A DNA stretch of 64,000 nucleotides from Polyangia bacterium (GTDB taxonomy: Bacteria > Myxococcota_A > Polyangia > Palsa-1104 > JAEUJZ01). This document shows positions 24,395 through 33,421 of this stretch, piece after piece. Position numbers and translations under genes: made by a program. The stretch covers positions 3,177 through 67,176 of the forward strand of contig JBGAUT010000004.1 in the NCBI GenBank assembly GCA_044228505.1, read 5' to 3'. The notes under the pieces are model-generated. The model had not been told where the DNA came from. It did no database searches and worked only from the letters and a program-made list of their open reading frames with translations. Position 1 is the stretch's first letter. Every line of letters starts with the position of its first letter.

Positions 24395-27300
24395 TTAGCG
24401 GTCTGAAGCCATCCGCCAGCTTGCGCCGTACCACGTGGTCTGCGCTCCGACCGGCTCCAGCGGAATGAAGACACCCCACAAAAGCCGCAGGGTCCGACGA
24501 ATGCCATCACGAGAGTAGCCAAGGAAGCCCGACAGGATGCTCCACTCCAAGTCACCAGCACGGGGCCGACCCACATGGAAGAGCGGCCAGAACTCAAACC
24601 GATAAGCCCCCGCCCGCTCGCCAGTGCCCTTGTAGTAGTAGCTGTTGAGCACCAGCGTGTAGTGACCCTTTTCGTTGCTCCAGTGTGCACCGATCGGGAA
24701 GAACACGGTCGTCGTCTGCTTCGGGCGCTTGAAGTGCCACAGGAACGGGAACACCACGCGGTCGCGGCTCCCGTTTTCGTAGTTGCGAACCCAGGTTAGT
24801 AGCGGCGGCAAGAGCAGCGAGCGCGTCCCATGCTCATCGCGGGAGTAGGCGAAGAACGGTAGCAACGCGGTGAACTGCGTCGCCGGACGGCGCACGTGGT
24901 AGAACAACGGGAACAGCACCGTCGTCGAGCGATCCTTGCCACCGAAGTGCCACAGCAGCGGGAACACCACCGCGTTGTGGTAGCCATCGGCGCGACGCTT
25001 GACGTAGGTCAGGATCGGCGGGAACACCCAGCTCGTGGTCTTGGCCGCATAGTCGGCGTAGCGCACGACCAGCGGCACCACCGGGCCCACTGCCGTCAGC
25101 CGGTCCGAGTGCAGGTGATGCACATCGAGCACCAGCGGAAACAGCACCGAGATCCGCCGCATCAGCGTCCGCTCGTGCCAAAACAGCGGCGTCACCATGG
25201 TCACGCTGCGCTCGGGCGAGCGAGTCTGTAGCCACAGCGGAAGCACAAAGCTGGTCGAGGTCTTGGCCTTGTCGTCGCGGGTGTAATAGAACAGCGGGAA
25301 CAGCGCCGCACTGGTCACCGGATCTTGGCGACGGAAATACAGCGGTCCGATCCAGAAGCGTGAGCCGACCGGGTTTTTGTTCACGCCAAACAGCGGTGTG
25401 ATCAGCCAGTCCTCGGGTGCCTTGCCCCCTCGATGCGAAAAATACATGAGCGGCAGCGCCATGAAGCGATACGAGCCATCGCCGTCATTTGCTCCATAGA
25501 ACAGGGGCAGAAAGCCCCCGTAAGTGCCCTGCCCACGACGACCAAAGAACAGCGGCCCGAGCACCGTCAGCGACTTGCTCCGCGCTGAGTCATGCGAGTG
25601 ATAGAAGAACGGCAGCACAAACACCGCATGTGCGGTATCCCGTCGCGTGTAAAACCACAGCGGGAAGATGCCGAAGTCTTCACGGTCCTTGCGAATGTCC
25701 GCGTAGAACAAAAGCGCCGCCGCCCGAGTCGCCTTCTGATCTTTATAGAAGAAGCCAAGCGGCGTGGTCGCCCAGGTGGTCTCTTTGCTCTTGCCAAACG
25801 CGAACAGCGGCAACAGGCCCGCCGACACCGCTTCGGTCTTCTGGTTCTTCGAGTAGAAGAACGGCAGCAGCACCGTGGTCGTCCGCTCCTGATCCCGAAC
25901 ATGGAAGAACAGCGGCAGCAGCACATGAGCCGTCCGCTCCGGCGTCTTCACTCCGTAATAGAGCAGCGCAATCTGGCGGAACGTCGTGTCCTTGTCCTGC
26001 ACGTTCATGAACAGCGGGAACAGCACCGAAGCGCGCCGACCCGGTCCACAGTACGAAAAGAACAGTGGCAAAAACGCTCGGGTCACGGTCTGTTCACGAG
26101 TCCCAAGACCCGAGGCGTGCTCCACATACGGACCGAGCCAGAAGGTCTTGCGCTCGGGGGTGCTGCGGTACGCAAACAGAGGCGCAATCGCAAACGTCGA
26201 CTTCGGCGACCGCGACACATAAAAGAGCGGCACAAGGCCGGTGGTTGAGACCTCGCCTTGCGCGCTCTTCTCCGTGGTGTGGAAGAACGGACCCACGACC
26301 AGCGCCGACTTCTGCGGTGTCCGCACCTGCCAGATCAGCGGGAACAGCACCGTGTAGCTGCTCTCCGGCGACCGCTTCCAGAACAGCAGCGGCACAAGGC
26401 CCGCCCGTACCTCGGCTCGCTTGTCACCGATGTACTCGGGACACTTGCGGAAGTAATAGAACGGACCAAGCTGAAGCGTCTCTTGGTAGGCACGGCGGTT
26501 GTGATAGAAAACCGGGAACAGCGCCTGGGTGCTGCTGCCACCGCGACGGTGGAACCACAGAAGCGGGAAGACACCAGCGGTATAGCCAGCGTCCTCGCCC
26601 CGCGTCGTGACCCGCGCAAACACCGGACCCACCGAGACGTGGTAGCTCCCTTTTTCTTTGTCCGCCGAGTAGACAAACAGCGGCGGCAAAATCGCGACGT
26701 GCGGATTCTGACCGCGTGCCACCGAGATGAGCGGGAGCAGACCTCCACCCGAGCCGGTCGGCGACGACCAGCCGTAGATCGGACCTAGGAATCCAAACTT
26801 CCGCTGCGGCGAGGTATGCAGCGCCGCCAGCAGCGGCACCAGCACCCGCGTATCGCTCTTCTGCTGACGGCTAGAGAAGTGGAAATAGAGCGGAAACAGA
26901 CCTTCGCTGCCGCCTTCTTCATCGCGGGTGTAAAAGAACGGTCCGGCATAACCCCACGACGAGCCGGTTGTCTTGTTCCGATACCACATCGCCAGCGGTG
27001 GAAGCACCGTCGTAAAGCGCCGCAGCGGATCATCACGATGGAACGCCGGGGGTGCCAGCCAAACCGTGGTGCTCGACTCCTCATCGGGATTCTTGTAGGA
27101 GCCACCGAGCGGAGTGACGATAAGACGGCTCTTGTCGGCTCCTCGGTGATACAGGAACAGCGGAAACAGCGTCGAGGTCCGCGAGCCGCTCTGGTAGTTC
27201 TCACCATCGTAAAACAGCGGCAGCACCAGCGTGTGGCGCTTCTCGGCTGTCCGTGAGTGGAACACGAGCGGCAGGAAACCACCGACCGTGCGCTCCGGGG

Positions 27301-28282
27301 TCTTGCGGTAAAAGCCAAGCGCCAGGAAGAACGCCTGGCTCAAATCGGGCTGCTTGCGGACAAACAAGAGCAGCGGCAAAAACCCGGTATCGGTCCGCTT
27401 CTCTTCGACGTTGTGGTGATGAAAGAACAACAGCGGTGGCAGCACCACCGTCGTCGATTCGGTCTTCTTCGTCACCCAGAACAGCGGCAGAAGGCCGACC
27501 GCCTTGCCCTGCTCACCGTTTGCGCCGTAGCTCTGATAGAAAAAAAGCGGCCAGATGCGATGGGCTCGCATCCCCGGTTCCCGATGGTACTGATAGGTCG
27601 GAAAGACCCAGACGTCGCGGGTCTTTTCCTTGAGATTCTGATGGTCCGCGAACAGCGGAAACAGCACCCGCGTTTTCTTATCGGGATGCCAGAAGCTGTA
27701 ATAGAAGGGCAGCACCATCCGGTAGCCAATCGGCCCCAGACGATGGAAGTACAGGATCGCCGACAGGGGTCGTGAAATGCTCTTGCAGCTCTGCTGCACG
27801 CAGATGGTCTTGTCCGGACACTGACCATCGCTGTCGCACTCCGGCTTGGGCTTTTTGGCTAGATCCCGCTTCTTTTGTTTGTCTTCTTCCGATTCCTCTT
27901 CGTCTTCGTCGATGACCTGACCAGGTGCCGGGGTTGCGAAGCGCTGAGCCTCCGCCGGAGTCTGGGTGGTCGTCACTTGCGCCGCTTGAGCCAGCAGCGG
28001 AAGCGGTGGTAACGAGGTTTGCGCAGTCGGATTCGACTGCTGGTTCGCCGTGGGTTGTCCCTGAGGAATTCCCATAGCAGCACTCGCCCCACGCCCCAAA
28101 AAGAGCGGCAGCGGTGACAGTGCTCCCTTCGCGAGCGGCACGGCGCTCTGCGGCAGAAGCACAACTCCCGACGGACGTGGTGCCGCGTGCGCAGAACTTG
28201 CCGAGACCCCGAGGAGCAGGGTCACAGCCAGCACAACACGCGGAAACCAGCGACGGGAAGCAGTTACGGCGTCATCTTCCAC
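24395..28282 (-). CDS. Giant secreted repeat protein. Sec signal, Cys-rich knob, then about 55-60 tandem degenerate 18-20-aa repeats (consensus h-h-P-L-F-h-x11-13).
   Basis: Signal RRWFPRVVLAVTLLLGVSASSAHA. CDSDGQCPDKTICVQQSCKSIS Cys cluster. Repeats throughout, for example VLFPLFADHQ, GLLPLFWVTKK, VLLPLFFHVRDQERTTT, VLLPFFYSKNQKTEAVSAG, LLPLFAFGKSKETTW. No known family recognised. Confidence 0.75.
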   Translation of the reverse strand: MEDDAVTASRRWFPRVVLAVTLLLGVSASSAHAAPRPSGVVLLPQSAVPLAKGALSPLPLFLGRGASAAMGIPQGQPTANQQSNPTAQTSLPPLPLLAQAAQVTTTQTPAEAQRFATPAPGQVIDEDEEESEEDKQKKRDLAKKPKPECDSDGQCPDKTICVQQSCKSISRPLSAILYFHRLGPIGYRMVLPFYYSFWHPDKKTRVLFPLFADHQNLKEKTRDVWVFPTYQYHREPGMRAHRIWPLFFYQSYGANGEQGKAVGLLPLFWVTKKTESTTVVLPPLLFFHHHNVEEKRTDTGFLPLLLFVRKQPDLSQAFFLALGFYRKTPERTVGGFLPLVFHSRTAEKRHTLVLPLFYDGENYQSGSRTSTLFPLFLYHRGADKSRLIVTPLGGSYKNPDEESSTTVWLAPPAFHRDDPLRRFTTVLPPLAMWYRNKTTGSSWGYAGPFFYTRDEEGGSEGLFPLYFHFSSRQQKSDTRVLVPLLAALHTSPQRKFGFLGPIYGWSSPTGSGGGLLPLISVARGQNPHVAILPPLFVYSADKEKGSYHVSVGPVFARVTTRGEDAGYTAGVFPLLWFHRRGGSSTQALFPVFYHNRRAYQETLQLGPFYYFRKCPEYIGDKRAEVRAGLVPLLFWKRSPESSYTVLFPLIWQVRTPQKSALVVGPFFHTTEKSAQGEVSTTGLVPLFYVSRSPKSTFAIAPLFAYRSTPERKTFWLGPYVEHASGLGTREQTVTRAFLPLFFSYCGPGRRASVLFPLFMNVQDKDTTFRQIALLYYGVKTPERTAHVLLPLFFHVRDQERTTTVLLPFFYSKNQKTEAVSAGLLPLFAFGKSKETTWATTPLGFFYKDQKATRAAALLFYADIRKDREDFGIFPLWFYTRRDTAHAVFVLPFFYHSHDSARSKSLTVLGPLFFGRRGQGTYGGFLPLFYGANDGDGSYRFMALPLMYFSHRGGKAPEDWLITPLFGVNKNPVGSRFWIGPLYFRRQDPVTSAALFPLFYYTRDDKAKTSTSFVLPLWLQTRSPERSVTMVTPLFWHERTLMRRISVLFPLVLDVHHLHSDRLTAVGPVVPLVVRYADYAAKTTSWVFPPILTYVKRRADGYHNAVVFPLLWHFGGKDRSTTVLFPLFYHVRRPATQFTALLPFFAYSRDEHGTRSLLLPPLLTWVRNYENGSRDRVVFPFLWHFKRPKQTTTVFFPIGAHWSNEKGHYTLVLNSYYYKGTGERAGAYRFEFWPLFHVGRPRAGDLEWSILSGFLGYSRDGIRRTLRLLWGVFIPLEPVGAQTTWYGASWRMASDR

Positions 28283-28815
28283 TCGCCGTTCTCCAGCACA
28301 AGGTTCACTTCGTCGGTCTGGACGTTTTCGCCCTTGGTGCGTCGCACCTTCAGGTTCGCGAGCTTGAACTCGCCCTGGGTCTTAAACGTGCTGCCGCGAA
28401 GCTCAAACGAGACACCCTCTAGGTCTTTTTGCGCCTTCTTGAGCTCGTCGGCAGACTGCATCATCTGCTGACCGACCTGCCCCTGGTAGAGCAGCGCGTA
28501 GCAGTCGATCGCCTTTTGGACTTCGCCCTTCACCATCGCCCCACGCCAGCGCTCGAACGTCTTTTCAGGCGTCGAAAACTCGGCTCGCGGCGGCGGCAGC
28601 TTGAAGGTGATCGACTTGATCTTGTCACGCGGCAGCTCCAGCTTCTGGCCACCGCTCGTTTCCATCACCACGATTCCATCGAAGTAGTGGGTCAGCTTGC
28701 CAGCGATCTGGGTGTTGTCCGCGAGTGTGACAACTTCGGAGGCGTGTGCGCTAACGGACGAAAACAGCAGCGTCCCGACGGCGAAGCAGGCAGCGCGAGC
28801 AACAATTCCCGCCAT
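28264..28815 (-). CDS. Small secreted hypothetical protein, translationally overlapping the start of the repeat protein. Start re-called at MAGIVARAA.
   Basis: Signal peptide AACFAVGTLLFSSVSAHA. The 19-nt overlap with the downstream giant ORF suggests co-transcription. Confidence 0.5.
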   Translation of the reverse strand: MAGIVARAACFAVGTLLFSSVSAHASEVVTLADNTQIAGKLTHYFDGIVVMETSGGQKLELPRDKIKSITFKLPPPRAEFSTPEKTFERWRGAMVKGEVQKAIDCYALLYQGQVGQQMMQSADELKKAQKDLEGVSFELRGSTFKTQGEFKLANLKVRRTKGENVQTDEVNLVLENGEWKMTP

Positions 28816-28975
28816 GTTTGAGATGGCGTTCCGACCAGAAGGCATCAGACAAACTCCTATGGGTGAAGTGCTGGAAATACCTGGACTTTCCGCTGCTGTC
28901 AAGGCTTACGACGTCGGTTTCCCGTCGGTGTTTGCAAATCTCACAGCCCCGAGGATTGGCTGTGACGACGAGTTG

Positions 28976-30643
28976 CTAACTTCGCAAAAACGATAGCACG
29001 GCGTCCGCGCTCCGTAGGCCGTCAATCGCCGCGCTGACAATTCCCCCGGCATATCCGGCCCCTTCGCCTACCGGAAACAAGCCAGGGAGCGATGGGGACT
29101 GGAGGTTTTCACCGCGCACGATTCGCACCGGCGACGAGGTCCGGGTCTCCACCCCGACAAGCTGCGCTTGCGGCGACAAAAATCCCGGCATCGTCCGCTG
29201 AAATCGCCCGACCGCTTGCCGCAGCGAATCGGCCACATACGGCGGCAAGATTGCCCCGAGGTCCGAAGCGACCACCCCAGGGCGATAGGTCGTTCCCAGC
29301 ACCTCGACACTGCGCCGGCTGGCCATGAAGTCGGTCAGCTTCTGCGCCGGGGCTCGAAACTGCCCGCCTCCTGCCACAAAGGCCGCCTGCTCGATCGATC
29401 GCTGAAAGAACATGCCCGCCAGCGGATCACCGGAGAAGCGCTCGAACGGCTGCACATCGCGATCTTCCACCGAGACCACCAGCGCGCTGTTGGCAAGCGG
29501 CGAGTCACGGCGCTTGAGGCTCATGCCGTTTACGCACAGACCCCCCGGTTCGGTCGCGCTCGGTACCACCCAGCCACCGGGACACATGCAGAAGCTGTAG
29601 ACCCCGCGCTCATCGATCGAGGTCGCCACCTGATAAAACGCCGCGGGCAGCGCCGGGTGTTCGGCGGCCTGTCCGTACTGGATGCGGTCGATGAGTGGCT
29701 GCGGATGTTCGACCCGAGCCCCCACGGCGAACGGCTTGCGCTCCACAAGGATGTGGCGCTCGACCATCAGCTCGTAGATCGAGCGGGCACTGTGCCCGAC
29801 CGCCAACACCACGGCATCGGCCTGCACGACAAGCCCCGATTCACAGCGCACGCCGAGCAGCTTGCCGGACGGTGACAGCAGCAGATCCACCACCTTCGCG
29901 CCGAAGTGATAGAGCACCCCCCGAGCCGTCAAATCCGCCCGCAGCGCCAGCAAGATCTTCGGCAGCCGATTCGAGCCAATATGGGGTCGGGACTCGACGC
30001 TAATCCGCGCATCGGCCCCGTGCTCGACCAAGGTGAGCAGCGTCTCGCCGATCGCCGCCTTGTCCTTGCTGCGGGTGTAGAGCTTGCCGTCGCTAAACGT
30101 CCCCGCCCCGCCTTCCCCGAAGCAATAGTTCGAGTCGGCTTGTAGCTCGCCTCGCGTCAGCAGCGCCAGATCATGGCGGCGTGGCTGCACCGGCTGCCCT
30201 TGCTCCAGCAAGATCACCTCGGCCCCGGCTTCACACAGCCGCTTGGCGCACAGGGTACCGGCGGGACCACTGCCGACAATCACCACCCGCTTCCGAGTCA
30301 CCAGCGGCACCGGCGGCGGCAAGCGCGGCATCCCACCCTGCAAGAGCGGCAACCGCCCGCCACCAAAGGGCCGATTCACCTCGACCCGCGAGCACGACTC
30401 CGGCAAGAGTGCGCCCTCGGCAAACACCTCGATCTGCATCCGATAGCCGATCGGGAAGCCCTTGCGCGCATCGAGCGACTTGCGGAGCAGCCGCGCCCCG
30501 CCCGGCTTCGCAATACCCGACCGTCGCGAAGCCTCCACCATCGCCAGCGCCCACAGCGCCTGCTCCGGATCGGAGTGAACCGCCTCGTCACTTTCCGCCA
30601 CAATCGCGTGCAGCGGCACAAAGATTTCAACCTGGGTCGCCAA
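28976..30643 (-). CDS. FAD-dependent dehydrogenase (COG2509-like, NAD(FAD)-utilising)
   Basis: VVIVGSGPAGTLCA dinucleotide fold, GTFSDGKLYTRSKD and HIGSNRL motifs typical of this uncharacterised FAD protein family. About 550 aa. Confidence 0.7.
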   Translation of the reverse strand: MATQVEIFVPLHAIVAESDEAVHSDPEQALWALAMVEASRRSGIAKPGGARLLRKSLDARKGFPIGYRMQIEVFAEGALLPESCSRVEVNRPFGGGRLPLLQGGMPRLPPPVPLVTRKRVVIVGSGPAGTLCAKRLCEAGAEVILLEQGQPVQPRRHDLALLTRGELQADSNYCFGEGGAGTFSDGKLYTRSKDKAAIGETLLTLVEHGADARISVESRPHIGSNRLPKILLALRADLTARGVLYHFGAKVVDLLLSPSGKLLGVRCESGLVVQADAVVLAVGHSARSIYELMVERHILVERKPFAVGARVEHPQPLIDRIQYGQAAEHPALPAAFYQVATSIDERGVYSFCMCPGGWVVPSATEPGGLCVNGMSLKRRDSPLANSALVVSVEDRDVQPFERFSGDPLAGMFFQRSIEQAAFVAGGGQFRAPAQKLTDFMASRRSVEVLGTTYRPGVVASDLGAILPPYVADSLRQAVGRFQRTMPGFLSPQAQLVGVETRTSSPVRIVRGENLQSPSLPGLFPVGEGAGYAGGIVSAAIDGLRSADAVLSFLRS

Positions 30644-30657
30644 GCAGCGTGTCCTTG

Positions 30658-31689
30658 CTACAGTCCGTCTTTGCGCAGCTCAGCGATGATCTTGCGATAC
30701 AGCTCTTTGTGCGAAAAGCCGCTGATGAGATCGGGGAACAGGTGTCCAATCTGCCCCACTTCGTCCAGGTGATCGGCGGGCACGCAGCCCAGGAACTTGC
30801 CCCACTTGGCCGATTGCACCGTCACCAGGCCATCGTTTACACGCGGCACGAGCGGGTTGTCGCTGTAGATCGCAAACACGCCCTCGGGCAGCGCGAGCAG
30901 CGGGTCCAGCAGGTCAATGCGCGACGAGTTTCCCCACGCCGAGCCCGCACACTCCGCGCTGGCAATCCGACCGACTGACCGACCGGCGACGCTGTAATAG
31001 CGAACCCGCGCATCATCGGGATGGGTGGCATTCCAGCGCTGCATCGCGGGCGTGGTCAGTTGCGCCAGCGCGGCTTTGGCATTGGGACTCCCCGGCGCAT
31101 CGGTCAGGCCGGACACCGCCTTTAAGATCGCGTCGATCACCGCGTACGAAAAGCCCGGCACCAGACCGCTCGCCACGTCGGCAATCTCGGTGCCACGGTG
31201 GGGCGTACTCACGGTGGTCAGCGAGGCCACTTTCGGACCGTAGCCGAGCCCGCTCACCAGCGCCCGGCCATCGATCCCGCCCTGCGAGTGGCCAATGATG
31301 TTGACCTTGCAGGCGTTGTAGGTCTTAAGCGTATCGTCCACCACGGCGGCGAGTGTGGCCGCCCGCACGTCCGAGGACTCAAACGGCGGCACCTTGGCTT
31401 CGATCACCGTCTCGCCTCGGCTGCGCAGATCGGCGGCGACTTGGAAGAAGTAGTTGAGCGGCCCGATGCGCTCGAAGCCCGCAAAGCCGTGGGCCAGCAC
31501 GATGGGATAGGGGGCACCTTGGCAGCCCAGGTTCTGCACCAGCGTGCTCGGCGCATCCTCCGCACCGAATCCGATCTGGTCCTCCCCGGCACCGGTCCCA
31601 CCACAGCCGCCGAGTCCAGCGCCCAGCAGCAAACTGCCGATCGCTGCCAACAAAGTCCCGCTCCGACCCGATCTTGTCATCGTCTGCAT
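30658..31689 (-). CDS. Triacylglycerol lipase, bacterial family I.1/I.2 (Pseudomonas/Burkholderia type) lipoprotein
   Basis: Lipobox GGCGG. PIVLAHGFAGF oxyanion region, IGHSQGG nucleophile and ADHLDEVGQ catalytic His region. 14-nt gap to the upstream FAD protein. Confidence 0.8.
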   Translation of the reverse strand: MQTMTRSGRSGTLLAAIGSLLLGAGLGGCGGTGAGEDQIGFGAEDAPSTLVQNLGCQGAPYPIVLAHGFAGFERIGPLNYFFQVAADLRSRGETVIEAKVPPFESSDVRAATLAAVVDDTLKTYNACKVNIIGHSQGGIDGRALVSGLGYGPKVASLTTVSTPHRGTEIADVASGLVPGFSYAVIDAILKAVSGLTDAPGSPNAKAALAQLTTPAMQRWNATHPDDARVRYYSVAGRSVGRIASAECAGSAWGNSSRIDLLDPLLALPEGVFAIYSDNPLVPRVNDGLVTVQSAKWGKFLGCVPADHLDEVGQIGHLFPDLISGFSHKELYRKIIAELRKDGL

Positions 31690-31787
31690 GTGGTCCTCCT
31701 AATCGCCATTGGTTGAAAAAGCGAGCCATTTTTCGACGATGGTTTGATAAAGTAAATGGGCTTCGGCTAGTTACCTTAAGTTCCACC

Positions 31788-33026
31788 ATGTCGCAGGACC
31801 CGACGGATAAGGACCCGCTGATTGGTTCGGTGGTCGATCGCCGCTACAAGGTGCTCAAGCGCCTGGGCGTTGGCGGCATGGGGATCGTCTACAAGGTCGA
31901 GCACCTGCACCTGAACAAGATGTTTGCGCTCAAGGTGATGCGACCGACGAAAGACGAGGTTGATCGCAAGCGCTTCGAGCAGGAAGCGCGCCTGGCCTCG
32001 CAGATTCGCCATCCGAACGTCATCGAGATCAGCGACTTCGGCGTCCTGCCGACGAACCAGCCGTACTTCGTGATGGAGTTCCTGCGTGGTCGCACGGTCG
32101 GTGAGGCGATCTTCACCGGCTTTATGGATAGCCAGATCGTCTGTCACATCGGGCTGCAAATCGCCCGCGGCTTGCAAGCGGTACACAAGCAGAACGTCGT
32201 CCACCGCGATCTCAAGCCCGACAACATCTTCCTCATCGATCCCGAGACCTCGGAGTCGCCAGAAGAAAGCGGCAAGGCGTCCGACGAGGAACCGGCGTTC
32301 GTCAAGATCATGGACTTTGGCATCGCCAAGTCGGTAAATAACAACCTCACCGGCACTGGCATGACCGTCGGCACCCCCGAGTACATGTCGCCTGAGCAGG
32401 CACGCGGCGAGGTGGTCGACTGGCGCTCGGATCAGTACTCGCTTGGCTGCATCCTGTACGAAATGCTGACCCGCGAGATCCCGTTCGACGGCAAAGGCGC
32501 GTTCGAGGTGATGTACAAGCACCTCAACGCCCCGCCGACGCCACCGAGGCAGCGTCGACCCGAGCGAGCCCAGCACATCTCGACAGCGCTCGAAACGATC
32601 GTGCTGAAGATGCTGGCCAAAAAGCCCAAGGACCGTCATCCGAGCATGCGGGCCGTCGAGACCGCGCTCCGGGACGAGGCCCTGCGCCAGCTGGTCGAAG
32701 AGGGCGTCACCGTGGTCGGCCCGACGCCGGTGCCTCCGGTGCAGCCAGCGCCAAACCAGAACCAGACGTCCCAGGCCCGCGACACCATGAAGACGGTGCC
32801 GATCATGCGGGCAGTCGAGCCCCCGGAGTCGAGCAGCAACCGCCCGACGGTCATGATGAACGTCGTCGACCAGGCCGGGATGATGGACCTCATCTCGAAG
32901 ATCAACGATCGGGTGAACTCGTCGCGCTCGGTGCCGCAGGTGGCATCGAGCCGGGGATCGCTGCTCGGCCGAGCGATGTCGTGGCTACGCAGTTTGCTTT
33001 CGCGGCTGCGCAAGCTGCTAAAGTAA
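31788..33026 (+). CDS. Ser/Thr protein kinase (Hanks type) with Pro-rich tail. Start re-called at MSQDPTDK.
   Basis: GVGGMGIVYK, ALKVM, HRDLKPDNIF, DFGIAK, GTPEYMSPEQ. Confidence 0.85.
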   Translation: MSQDPTDKDPLIGSVVDRRYKVLKRLGVGGMGIVYKVEHLHLNKMFALKVMRPTKDEVDRKRFEQEARLASQIRHPNVIEISDFGVLPTNQPYFVMEFLRGRTVGEAIFTGFMDSQIVCHIGLQIARGLQAVHKQNVVHRDLKPDNIFLIDPETSESPEESGKASDEEPAFVKIMDFGIAKSVNNNLTGTGMTVGTPEYMSPEQARGEVVDWRSDQYSLGCILYEMLTREIPFDGKGAFEVMYKHLNAPPTPPRQRRPERAQHISTALETIVLKMLAKKPKDRHPSMRAVETALRDEALRQLVEEGVTVVGPTPVPPVQPAPNQNQTSQARDTMKTVPIMRAVEPPESSSNRPTVMMNVVDQAGMMDLISKINDRVNSSRSVPQVASSRGSLLGRAMSWLRSLLSRLRKLLK

Positions 33027-33036
33027 GCTGCCCGCC

Positions 33037-33399
33037 ATGACCTATGAGCAGCTTTGGCTTCGGGCGTTCCTGCTCACGCAGGCAGTCGAGATTCCCATCT
33101 ACACGCTCATCCTGTCCCGCTTCCCGGCCAGGCCGCTGTGGCAGTCCAAAGGCAGCGACCCGCTGAGCCTGCCGATGCGCATCTTGTGCGCGTTTTTGGC
33201 AAGCGCCATCACCCACCCGTGGGTCTGGTACTTCTTCCCGCGCTACATCGACGACTACTGGCCAATGGTTGCGGTGGCCGAGACCTTCGCGGTGGTGGTC
33301 GAGGCGCTGTGGCTTCAGTTCTGCGGCCTGCGGCGCGCCCTTCTGTGGTCCCTTGTCGCCAACGGAACGAGCGCTACGTTAGGCTTTCTGAGACAGTAG
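33037..33399 (+). CDS. Small polytopic membrane protein, hypothetical
   Basis: 120 aa with 3-4 hydrophobic helices. Starts 10 nt after the kinase stop. Confidence 0.4.
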   Translation: MTYEQLWLRAFLLTQAVEIPIYTLILSRFPARPLWQSKGSDPLSLPMRILCAFLASAITHPWVWYFFPRYIDDYWPMVAVAETFAVVVEALWLQFCGLRRALLWSLVANGTSATLGFLRQ

Positions 33400-33421
33400 C
33401 AACCCAAGTTGCCCCGATTCG

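Noticed and set aside
24575-28164. Numerous 60-220-aa ORFs on the plus strand inside the giant repeat gene (for example 25592-26248, 26258-26788, 27257-27775)
   Set aside because: These are antisense ORFs expected from high GC content and lack of stop codons. They are Arg/Pro-rich with no domain signal and are fully nested in a strongly supported gene.
31674-31787. Track N-terminal extension of the Ser/Thr kinase (MSSSACGPPNRHW...)
   Set aside because: It overlaps the divergent lipase start region. The kinase domain begins right after MSQDPTDK, and an RBS-like purine run precedes that Met.
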